Of a DNA stretch of 64,000 bases, positions 9,521-21,700 are shown one piece after another. The notes beneath the pieces are model-generated. The model was given only the letters and a program-made list of their open reading frames with translations. It made no database searches and was not told where the DNA came from. Position 1 is the stretch's first letter, and the number at the start of each line of letters is the position of its first letter. Where the stretch lies: NCBI GenBank assembly GCA_016748015.1, contig JAAOMT010000591.1:137532-201531 (forward strand). The letters run 5' to 3'. The position numbers were made by a program, and so were the translations under genes. Source of the stretch: Geosiphon pyriformis uo1 (Eukaryota; Fungi; Glomeromycota).

Positions 9521-12500
9521 GTGGCAAAATCAGAAAGTATAGGAGCAAACCATTTAGGATTTGCAAAATCCTTATTTTAATACTACTGTCAACACTTGGG
9601 ATTGAACCACAATCAGATATTAGCAGAATTAGCAGAATTAGCTTTCAATTTTTACATCAATGAAAAAATTGCCTATTTGTTAGGAACACCAGTAAACACT
9701 AAATCAGTGAGAGAAACTTTTTACCACAAATTAATCCAAAACACCAGCTTACCAACAAATTATAATTTCATATTCATTATTACTGAGATTAATAAAAAAA
9801 TTGAACATTACACACAACAAAGATACCTAATCACTTATGTCAGTAAAAGCAAAAGAAAATTACAAACACCAGCAGTAACATTTCAATGGATCCAACCACC
9901 TACTTGGAAAAAACACAGAATTGAATTACCAACAAATCCATCATACCACTATACACCTGGAAGCACCATCAACATCACATCAACAGGAATGTCCACATTA
10001 AATACAACATTCACATATGGATGCTTCTTATTTCAGAGTAATCAGAAAAAAAAAATCTTCTAGGACCATACAGTGCATATTTCAAAGGATTTAAGTTATG
10101 ATCACCAATGCTATCAGGACTTTGATCTCTGCTATCACAACCAAATTTTAGAACCACAAGTCTCTAAGAAGTAACGGATTTGGAAGAAGAACAAGAAGAA
10201 AAGGAAGAAGAATCTGAAAATCAAAAATTTACTTACCAGAACCTGATCCCAGAAAACCTGAACATTAAAACCCCGAATTTTCAGACTCAGCAAAATCCAA
10301 ATTTAGAAAATTCAGAAATTGAGACTCTGAATTTCCAAATACAATATCATCAGAACAATCATAATCCTGACATCAATAATCAACAACACTTACCTTTAGT
10401 AATCATGATTAATCCAGTTCCACCAATTGACAAACAGCAACAGCAGCTACTTCAATCACTTCAACAACTACAGCAGCTGCTTCAACAGCTGCAACAACAA
10501 CTGCAACAACCAAACGTTAATCCAATGGCCTATGCTCTGATAGCAAAACTTGAGAAATTCACTGGTAAAGAAGACAATGCCCAAGTGTGACTAAACAATG
10601 TGGAGAAAGCCATTATAGCCAATGGCTGGAATGACGCCAGAGCCATACAGGCTATTCTTTACTTTTTCCAAGATACTGCCAATTTATGGTATCAAAGCTT
10701 GGCTAACAAACTCCAAGATTTCGCTGCATTTAAGCTTGCATTTCTACAATACTTCAGCAACAATAATAGTATTAATTGGCTAGCAAATACTTTCACCACT
10801 ATTAAACAAGAAGAAAATAAAGCAGTCACTACTTACTTAGAATGCTTTCATAGGAATCTGTGCCAAATTCAAGCAATCCAGGCTGACTATTTTACAGCGC
10901 CACAAATCTTAAACCAATTTATTAGAGGTTTGCACAGTAGCATCCTCCAACACATACGTCCAATACATTCAGCAAACCTTCAAGCTATAGTTACTAATGC
11001 CAAAGATTTTGAATCAACAGAACTTGAAGCAAATCATGCCCAAGCCATTAATCTAGTAATAAATGGATCATTTGAATTGGATTCCAAATTGAAACAATTC
11101 AGTGATTCAATTAATCAGAAATTGGAAAAATACTTAACTAACAATTGCACCATTTATCAACCACTACAATGACACAATAATTCAGGAAACATGAATTGTT
11201 TCCAAAATCAGTTACATCTATTATCATCTCCAAATCAGCCATGGCAACAAGAGATGTGTGTCTGCCATAACTGTAATAAACAAGGCCATATTAGAGCTGA
11301 CTGCTAATTTTATAATAATAACCAACAATCAGGAAATCAATATTGAAACCCCAATTACTGGTTCCCAACTCTGAGTTATTAATTCAATCCAGCACCATAT
11401 TAACCGACTTACCTGCCAATGATACAACAGCCAATATATCAACCACTTGTATATCAACTTTCAGTTTATCAACCACAGCTACTGATAATATATCAACTAC
11501 TACAGCCACAAATAATTTATTAGACATCCACAATTCAAACACTGCCATCAAACCCAGCTCAAATAACATTAGGAAACTCTAGATCGAGAGTCATCCAAAA
11601 CTAGAAATCAGTGATGATTGTTCACCAACCAATCTCCAGTTCATTCAACCAGCTATCAAAATCACGACAGCGGAGTTCAGGAACTGGGTATACTCAAAAC
11701 CCGAGTTCTCAGAACTATTTAAGTCTTCTGGTTATTACAGAAAATGCCTCATCTAACACTCAAGAACCTAAACAGAAGCAATCACTTACCAATATTCCAC
11801 CAGTCACTGTCATGAAAGACGAGTCTCTAGCAGCTATATTTTCTTTTGAAATTGAAAAACCAACAGAAATTTCTTTGTTCAGTGGAGCCACACTTGAGAA
11901 AAAACCTATTACAGCAATGTACACGAATGCCAAAATTGATGGTCAGTCTATCAAACTGATCCTAAATAGTGGATCAGCTGGCAGCATTATCACAAGATGG
12001 CTCATGAACCAATTAGGTCGCCAAGTTGATCAAGCTACCAGTGCAAAAATAATTACAGCTGATGAAACCACCAAGACTCCAATTGGTGAAATAGATAACT
12101 TGTCCATAGAAATCAATGGTATTACTATACCAATCAAAGTATTAGTTATGGAAGCCACTCAATACCAAGCATTAGTGGGTAATGACTGGCTGTCCAAAAT
12201 TAACACGACACTCGACTGGAACACCCAAGAGCTCCAGCTTAGCCAGAATGGATAACACACACATGTACCAGCCACATGTAGCCATTTCAAACCCATTACC
12301 ATGCCATTAGCTCCACTTATCAAATTCAAAGAAGAAAAAAAGAAACCTACTTGGGAAGTGTACCAAATCTTTTGGGCTGACAAAAACCACAATGAGTTGC
12401 TGCCAATACTCTCCTGGGATGATGACAACAAAAAAAAACAAAAGGAAGAACTTACCTGGAATATCAACCAAGTCTGGGAGATGAAGAACAACCAAGAAAA

Positions 12501-15500
12501 ATCAGCAAACTGGGAGTAGAAAAAAACTGATAAGAAAAAGAAAAAGGAAGAAGAAACCACCCTCACCAGTAGCAATTATAGTTCATATGTTTACACTTCA
12601 TTACAATCATCACACTATTGCCAACCAAAATTGGTATGCATCAATTGCGGCAAGAAATTGTTGTCAATGGGTGCATGCTGTGGTGACAATGAGGAATACT
12701 TCATCACCACAAGATTTCACTGTCACCCATGCATCATAGAGTGCTTTGAACAACCAAAACGGCAAAGAAAATGAGACAACCAATCCTGTCATGCATGCAG
12801 AACTATTTTACCTGATGAAGGAATGTGGAATGACATTCCTGGGTGTGAAAGAATGTGCGATGAAATGTGTCAGTACATGATCCTAATCAACAACTGAATA
12901 TGCAAGGGAATATCAATCAATAATGCCTGGAAACAAGCATTGCAACAATTGGAAGAATATCCTCATGATAAAGATAAACTCTGGAGAATGGCGAGTGTAA
13001 AAACAGAAGGTCTGACAACCAGTGAACTACTGAAAATCAAAAACAATCCTCTATCTCTTCTTAAACCCAAATACATCCAAACTTTTGACATCTTTGGCAA
13101 CATTGAAAATGATCCAAAGAAATTCTACGAACATTATCAGCAATTAGCACTCACCAGAAAAGAGCAGGAACAATGCTTGGAAGAAATAAACATCTGATTA
13201 TATAACTACTGTTTGATCCCATGTGACTTCCAGTATTACAATGAGTGTGATCTTATTTACAATCCACCACCACACATGATCTACACAATCCCAGAAGAAA
13301 ACAAACCAATAAGCAACTGTGTATTGAAATTGGAATCAACTTTTGATCCCAATTTAAACTCCAACAATAATGATGATAAAAACAATAGTTCTAGCTCTGC
13401 TCCAAATAGCAATGAAAATGACAACAATTCAAACTCTGATTCAAACCCTGAAACATTTATTGCACTTCCTAACCTTTTCAAGAAACAGGAACTTAAATGG
13501 TTCAGTGATAACAGCAAAAGTATCATGCCAGAATACATACATGATACTGATGCAAGGTTTGATTTAAGATATCCAGAAAAAGATCCCATTAAATTAAAAC
13601 CACATTCACACACTTGCATCGATCTGAAAACATTGGAAATTCCAGCAACAACAATAGTTCAACTAGTGTCCAGGAGTAGTTTAGTGAAAAAAAAGGATAA
13701 ACATCAGAGGAGGAATAATTGACACAGAATATGTAGGAAATATTATTGCTATGTTACAAAATGATTCAGAAAAAACATATACTATAGATCTAAACAAAAA
13801 GATAGCACAGACAATATTCCTACCTCTGGTGAAAATAGCTCAATTAGTGTTAGTAGAAAACAAAAAAAAATTAGGGATTACTGTTAAAGAGATATAAGGA
13901 TTCAGATCAATGGGTAGAATAGACATACTAGTTAATATGATAGAGAAAAAAGTTATTAACAAAGAAGAAATTATCTCAACCCATTAATCAATCTTCATTC
14001 CACCATATGACCAGTATATTTTAGCCATAAAAAGAGAAATAAAAGATCAAACTCAATTGTTCGAAACAGAAGCCACCATTTGTGAATCAGAAGAGATTGA
14101 ACTCACTAATCTCTACATATCAGCCAAAAGCCCCAAAAACATTAAAATTCTTATTTATAACACAACTGGAAAGATCATTGAAATACCAAAGAGAATTATT
14201 ATTGGATATTTAACCATTCAAGTTAAAGATCAACCACCAAACCACATTCCAGATTTTCCACAACTTTGCAGATATGTGAATATTACATCACAGACTATAT
14301 ATGAATGAAGTAAATGTTATCTACTCCAACCAAAACAATTGGAACAGATCAACATAGAAAATCTAGACCCACTCTAACAAATGCAACTAAAGATGTTATT
14401 CAGCAATTTTAACGATATCTTTGCAAGTGAAAATAAATTTGGCTGCACCAACATCATCCAGCATTAGATCAAGACTGGAGATGCAATGCCAATTAAGCAA
14501 AGAGCATACAGAGTACTACCAGCTAGCCATAAGATTATTTGTCAAAAAATTAATCAGATGCTTAACAATGGGCTAATTCAGCCATTAATGAGTCTATGAT
14601 CATCACCAGTGGTACTAGTTCAGAAGAAAAATGAAAAAATTTGCTTTTGTGTAGATTACTAGAAATTGAATAGAGTAACCAAAAAAGACAACTACGCAAC
14701 TCCAAAGATCCAAGAACTATTCAACGTCTTTGGAGGAAATAAATGGTTTTCAACACTAGATTTAGATAGTGGTTATTGGCAAATAGCCATGGACTCAGCT
14801 GACAAAAAAAAGACTGCATTCATAACAATAGAAGGGAATTTCGAATTTAAAGTCATGTCATTTGGCTTGATGAATGCTCCAGTGACATTCCAACAACTCA
14901 TAGAAATTGTCTATACTGAATTACTATAGAAATCAGTAGTCATATACTTAGACAACACAAATGTATTTTCTAAGACATTTGATAACCATTTACATCATTT
15001 CCAACAAGTATTTGAAAGACTCAGATGAGCAGGATTGAAACTAAATGCCAACAAATGCTTCTTTGGCAAAACTGAGCTCAAGTTTTTGGGACATGTGATA
15101 AGCAAAGATGGTATCAAAATGGATCCAGATAAGATTGCAATAGTAAAAAACTTTCTAGTACCAACAAACTTGCCAGAACTAAGGGCATTTTTGGGATTTG
15201 CAGGCTATTATCACTGCTTTATTAAAGATTTTTCTAAACTAGCCCAGCCATTTCACCATCTACAAACCAAAAATGTGAAGTATGAATGGACTGAAGCTCA
15301 ACAAGAAGCATTCGACACATTGAGAAGAAAGCTTATTCAAGCTCCAGTGTTGATGTATTCAGACCACAGCAAACTATTCATTATTACTACGGATGTATCA
15401 GGTCAAGCATTGGGAGCAGTACTATTACAAAAAAAACCAGATAGAAGAGAACATCCAGTAGCTTATGCCAGTAGAAGCTTAAGTCCAGCCGAAAAGAACT

Positions 15501-15746
15501 ATAGAACACCAGCACTAGAACATTTAGCAATCTATTGGGCAGTTATGAAATGGAGAAAATACTTGAGCCAAAAGTTTGAAATATATATGGATTACAAGGA
15601 ATTGACTTCAATTCAGAAACAAAAATTTGCAGATGATTGCTATGCTAGATGGAAATAGAACTTTCACCATTTAATTATACAGTACATTATAAAAAAAAAA
15701 AGACAATGGAAATACTGATGGATTGTTGCAAATAAGACAAGTCTAA
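9521..15746 (+). pseudogene. gag-pol: gag-pol polyprotein of E3 (no integrase)
   Basis: Capsid (KLEKFTG...NQFIRGL), CHNC..QGHIRADC knuckle near 11264, PR LIL(D>N)SGS near 11965, dUTPase ~13520-13915, RT (LDLDSGYWQ, decayed YLDD) and RNase H ending DGLL.IRQV*. Confidence 0.93.
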
Positions 15747-15776
15747 AAACATTTCAACCCAAAAATATAACAAAAC

Positions 15777-17158
15777 ATGAATATGCAAAAATACCAACAA
15801 CTTCAATATTATATAAATACCCAATCATTCAAAAAGAAATTATCTCAAAAAGAACAAAACAACATAAAACAACAATCAAAATATTTTATCAATCATTAAA
15901 ATATACTTTACTAAAAGAACAAAAAAAATCCAGATCAACCAATCAGAGTAATCACAGAACCAGAGAAAGAGACAATATTATTCAACATGCACTGAGACCT
16001 AACAGCAAGACATTTTTATAAAGAAGCAACCATAAAAAGAACCAGAAAAAGATACTATTGGCCATTAATGTATCCAGATATCATCCAATATGTTCAAAAT
16101 TGTGATGCTTGTCAGAGAAAAAAAGAAACAAGACCCAGTGAACCATTAAGACTAATCAAAGTGGGACAACCATTCAATTGCATTGGAATTGACTTAGTCA
16201 GACCATTAACAATCACCAGCAAAGGCAACAGATATATTGCAGTAGCTATGGATTATCTCACTAAATGGCCAGAAGCAAAAGCCATTCAAAAAGCAAATGC
16301 AGAATCCATTGTTAAATTTATTTATCAAGATTTGATCTGTTGACATAGATGTCCAAAAGAACTACTATCAGATCAAGGAACTTACTTTGTGAACAGAACA
16401 CTGGCAGAATTAAGTCAAAGATTTGGAGTTAAAAGACCATTGTCATCACCATACCATTCACAAACCAATGGACTAGTTGAAAGATTCAATAGAACACTGT
16501 GTGAAGCAGTTGTCAAGATCAGTCAAGAAAACCAGGATGAATGGGATTTGTTTATACCATTAGTACTATTGCTTATCAGACAATAAAACAAGACACTACA
16601 CAAGCAACACCATTTGAATTAGTATATGGAAGAACAACAACATTACCAGTCAAGATAAAAGTCAACACTTATCCAACAGAACCAATAACTAAAGACAATT
16701 TTTAGGAAACGTTGCTAAGAAGAACATATGACTTGATGAAAACTCTAAAAAACAAGCGACAAAGAGCAGCTGATAACATTCAAAAGTCACAAGAAAAACA
16801 AAAAAAGAAACACAATAACCAACTACCAGACAAACCAGTTGAATTCAAGATTGGAGACAAAGTACTTTTACATCATACTAAAATGGAAAAACAATAGAGT
16901 AAAAAATTTGATCCCAAATGAGACGGACCATTTCACATTGAAGAAATTCTTGGAAATAGAGCTTATAAATTAAGATGAGACAACAGAATCTTAGCCAAAG
17001 TAGCACATAGTGATCGACTAAAACCATATTATCAGATAGCATCATCATCTACCAATAATATTCCACAACTGGGAGTACAAAGAATACTAGTCCAACCAGA
17101 TGAGATTTCACGAGATCTGGAACCAATCATAGTTATTAAACTAAACACGTCAAATTGA
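15777..17158 (+). pseudogene. int: Stand-alone integrase ORF of E3
   Basis: ATG 30 nt after the RNase H stop, followed by the HHCC finger (H..PTA.HF...CDACQ), DDE core and GPF module. Confidence 0.9.
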
Positions 17159-17171
17159 ACAAACTGAAGAG

Positions 17172-17179
17172 TATATAAA
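17172..17179 (+). promoter_or_regulatory. Putative internal TATA box for ORF3
   Basis: TATATAAA 42 nt upstream of the ORF3 ATG, with equivalents at 44049, 46329 and ~7010 (minus strand). Confidence 0.6.
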
Positions 17180-17213
17180 GACACAGTATACACAACAAAA
17201 ACAACCAAGAAAA

Positions 17214-17849
17214 ATGGAAATACCAGATCATATTCACACTATAGCTCAACAATTATTCCAGGTCTTAAGTGAACAACAGTTAGACATGGAAATTGTTATT
17301 AACAACCAAATAATTTACTATCAAAACAACCAAAGAAAAACAAAGAATACATCATATCAGCAACCACCAAAAAACAATAAAAACTAGACAGATAACTTAA
17401 TAAAAAAAGTGAAGAACACTTTTGGGAAAATCCCTGTTATGGCACTAACAGAAGAGCTTATGAAAGAAAATTGGAAGCAATAGACAAAACAATTTCCAAT
17501 ATCATATTGCTACTACCAGTTAGGTCAAAAGTTGAATATTCAGAAGTTGTATATTGACAAATCCAAGAGAATATTCAACCAAGACATAATACAACAAATT
17601 GAAGAATTTATTGGAAAGAAAACAAATTCAACACTACATGTTAGAACAATATACTGATTATACAACATATTTCGGAACTATCCAGAAGTACTGTTACACT
17701 CTGACATGGAAACCATAACCATTAATCAATGGGGAAGAATGAACAATACACAAGTAGAAAACATAAGAAACAGAGTCAAACAAACAATACTTGAAAAAAA
17801 AGTATTAGAATTAATTCAAAACAAAGATTTCGACAGAGCTCAATATTAA
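17214..17849 (+). pseudogene. ORF3 of E3 (variant B1, 211 aa; three transition-derived stops, no frameshift)
   Basis: Manual translation: MEIPDHIHTIAQQLF...YCYYQLGQKL...RTIY(R)LYNIF...DFDRAQY*. Confidence 0.85.
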
Positions 17850-17863
17850 AAAAGAGGAGATAA
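17850..17863 (+). promoter_or_regulatory. Polypurine tract of E3
   Basis: AAAAGAGGAGATAA directly before the 3' LTR. Confidence 0.85.
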
Positions 17864-18726
17864 TATTACTCATAGAAAAAAACAGATATAAGAAAATAGT
17901 AGACCAATAGAAAAATAATATGTAGTACATAAGCACATTGCTCAACAATATAAAGCAATGATAAAAATCATGGCACATTGCTTAGTAATGTGAAGCAATG
18001 TCAGAAAACACGGCATATTGCTTAGCAATGTGAAGCAATATTAGAAAATGAGAGCACATCACTCAGCAATGTGAGCATTGCTTAAGAAATTATAGCACAT
18101 TGCTTGAGAATGTGAGCAATCTTATAGAACCTCAATTATATATATATAGTGATAGTATTAGAAGTAGAAAGAGCAGAATCCATCAGTTAAAAACTTTTTA
18201 CATTACAAATATCAATAAATAATTATTAATTATCTCAATCCACTCTTTACTATTAACATGAAATGTTAATAGTAATTGATACTTAACCCCACAGGAACAA
18301 TAGCTCTTGATCATGGCTATTGATGGAATACTAACTTGTGCATTGCCTTGGCTTCTTTCTTTATTTTTCTTTTCTTTTATTTTCTTTTCTTTCTTTGATT
18401 TCTATTGTTATATACTAATCGATTGAGGATTAAAAGTGCTGAGATACAGATGTCATAGTGACTGGTAAAAGACCCATAAAACAAGAGTAGAACACTCATA
18501 GATTTGAGGATAGCTTACCGGAAGGATTACCAGCCATCATGCTAAGAAAAAAATTTAATGAAACTGTAGTTTTGGGAAGCTATGGATAAACTCATTAATT
18601 AACTCTCTGTTCATTATACAAAAAACTCTACAACAAAACCTTCAGATATCAACACCAGAATACCAACCAAACATCACATTATGAATTTGTTATTTGATCT
18701 GAGACCCCAAATAATTATCTGTAACA
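17864..18726 (+). repeat. 3' LTR of E3
   Basis: Colinear 863-bp copy of 8598-9460. Confidence 0.95.
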
Positions 18727-21700
18727 ACATATCAAATTTTTGACTCAAGTATTTTTTCTATTTGATAACAGCCCAATAGATAGTTAAATGTTCTAGTGCT
18801 GGAGTTCTATAGTTCTTTTCAACTGGACTTAAGCTTCTACTGGCATAAGCTACTGGATGTTTTCATTCATCCAGTCTTTTCTGAGAAAATACTGCTCCCA
18901 ATGCTTGATCAAATACATCAGTGGTAATTATGAATGGTTTGCTGTGATCTAAATAGATTAATACTGGGGCTTAAATAAGCTTTTTTCTCAGTATGTCAAA
19001 GACTTTTTGTTGGATTTCAGTCCATTCATATTTGGTGTACTTTGTTTGCAGTTGGTGTAAAGGTTGAGCTATTTTGGAAAAGTCTTTGATAAAGTGGTGG
19101 TAGTATCTAGCAAATTCCAAAAATGCTCTTAATTCTGTAAAATTATTTGATACTGAAAAGTTTTTAATAGTTTCAATCTTATCTGAATCCATTTTAATAC
19201 CATTTTTGCTCATAACATGTTCCAAAAACTTGAGTTCTGTTTTGCTAAAGAAGCATTTATTTGTATTTAATTTCAATCCTGCTTATCTGAGTCTTTCAAA
19301 TACTTGTTGGAGATAATGCAGATGATTATTAAATGTTTTTGAGAATACATTGGTGTTATCCAGATATATGACTACTGATTTTCATAGCAGTCTTATATAG
19401 ACAATTTTCATGAGTCATTGAAATGTGGCTGGAGCATTCATCAAGCCAAATGGCATCACTTCAAATTCAAAATTTTCTTTTTGAGTTGTAAAAGCCATTT
19501 TCTTTTTGTTTTCTGGTTTCATGGCTACTTGTTAGTAACTATTGTCTAAGTTTAAAGTTGAGAACCATTTCTTTGCTACAAAAGCATCCAACAGCTCTTG
19601 GATTTTTGGTGTTAAGTAACTATCTCCTTTGGTTACTCCATTCAGTTTCCAGTAATCTACACAAAAGTGGATTTTTCTATTTTTTTTATGGACTAGTACT
19701 ATTAATAATAACTATGAGCTTATTGATGACTGAATTAGCCTATTGTTAAGCATCTGATTGATTTCTTAATAAATGATCTTATGGCTGGCTGGTGGTACTT
19801 GGTATGTTCTTTGTTTAATTGGCATTGCATTTTCAGTTTTTATCTGATGTTGAATAATGTCAGTTCTGCCAAATTTGTTTTTACTGGCAAAAATGTCATT
19901 GAAGTTATTAAGTAACATCTTAAGCTGCATATATTGTAGTGGATTTAGATTTCCCAAGTTTATCTGTTCTAATTGTTCTGGTTGGAGCAGATAACATTTT
20001 TCTTATTTGTATATTGTTTGAGATGTGATATTTACATATCCACACAGTTGTGGAAAGTCTAGAATGGTATTGAGTAGTTGGTCCTTAACTTTAGTGGTCA
20101 AGTATCCAATAGTGGTTCCTTCTGGTATCTCAATGGTTTCTCTCATGTTGTTGTAAATGAGAATTTTGATGTGCCTGTGGTTCTTGGCTGATATGTATAG
20201 ATTGACTAATCCAATTTCTCTGAATTTACAAAGTGTTGCTTCTGCTTCAAAAATCTGTACCTGATTCTTTATTTTTTTTCTATGATTACCATGTACTAGT
20301 CATATGGTGAAATGAAGATTGATTAACAGATAGAGATAATTTTTCTCTTATTAACAATTTCTTCCTTTGTTATATTAACTGGTATATCTATTTTACTCAT
20401 AGATCCGAAACTCTGTATTCTTCTAGCTGTAATTCTTAATTCTTTTCTGTTTCACACTGATACTAATTGAGCTATTTTAACTAAAGGCAGGAATATTGCC
20501 TGTGCTATCTTTTTGTTTGACTCTATAATGTAGGTCTTTTCTAAGTCATTTTGTAGCATTGCAATAATATTTTTTACATATCCTGCATCAATTATTTCTC
20601 TTCTGATGTTGATTCTTTTTTTTGCTAAGCTATTCTTAAATGCTAGTTGAACCATTGTCGTTGCTGGGATTTCTAATGCTACTTTGAAATCAATACATGT
20701 GTGTGAATGTGGTTCTAATTTAATGGCATCCTTTTTTGGATATCTCAGATCAAATCTGGTATTAGTATTATGCACATATTCTGGCATAATACTTTCATTA
20801 TTATCACTGAACCATCTAAGTTTCTGCTCCTTGGAGAGATCAGAAAATGTGATATATGTTTTGGGGTTTGAACCAGAGTCTAAATCATTGTTAATTTCAT
20901 TGTCATATTAAGTGAAGTTGGAATCATTGTTTTTATCATTGTTATTATCAGAGTTTGAATTAGGATTAAAAGTTGATTCCAATTCTGATGTGCAGTTGTT
21001 GATTGGTTCTTTTTCTTCTGGGATTGTGTAGATCATGTGTGATGGTGGATTATAAATAAGGTTACACTCATTACAATATTAAAAGTCACATGGAATTAGG
21101 CAGTATTGACACAGTCAAATATTTAGCTGTTCTAAGTATTGCTCTTGCTCTTCTCTCATGGACGTTAATTCTTAGTAATGTTCATGAAATTGCTCTGGAT
21201 CCAAAAGATTTATGACTGGTTCTGGGTTCCAGTTAAGTTTTATGGATTTTGGAGGGTTATTTTTTATTATTCTGATTTCCTCTGGCAATGTGCTTTCAAT
21301 TTTGACAAGTGCCATTTACCATATTTTATTGTTATCGTGTGGACAATTATCTAGACATTTTACTGCTCTTCTTCAGATGGCTTCTATAAGAGTCTCTTTT
21401 CTTATCCAGTTACTGATTAAAATTGTGTATTGACATGATTCATTACATGTTTTTTTTTATCCAGGAATGTCATTCTACATCTCCTTATCTAACAGCATTT
21501 TGCCACAAGCCAAACATAGTTCATTGTTTCATTTTCCTTGTTGTTTTGGTTATCCAAAGTGTTCTAGGATGCATGAAGGACAATAGAACTTGGTTGCTGT
21601 GGAGTATTTCTCATTGTCACCACAACATGTGTCCATTGATAACCATTTCTTACCACAATTAATACATACTAGCTTGGATTAACAGTAATTGGTTTGTGGT

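Larger units (their letters stand above)
8598..18726 (+). mobile_element. E3: full-length family B Gypsy element (10,129 bp), TSD ACAT
   Basis: Two 863-bp LTRs, PBS and PPT, with ACAT at 8594-8597 and 18727-18730. Confidence 0.96.

Noticed and set aside
12159-13619. Antisense and alternate-frame ORFs in the track (e.g. 12159-12575, 13281-13619, 11343-11582)
   Set aside because: These are shadows of the A-rich coding strand, with starts and stops not conserved among copies.
16900-17158. Chromodomain at the integrase C-terminus
   Set aside because: No aromatic-cage or YLVKW motif follows the GPF module in any copy.
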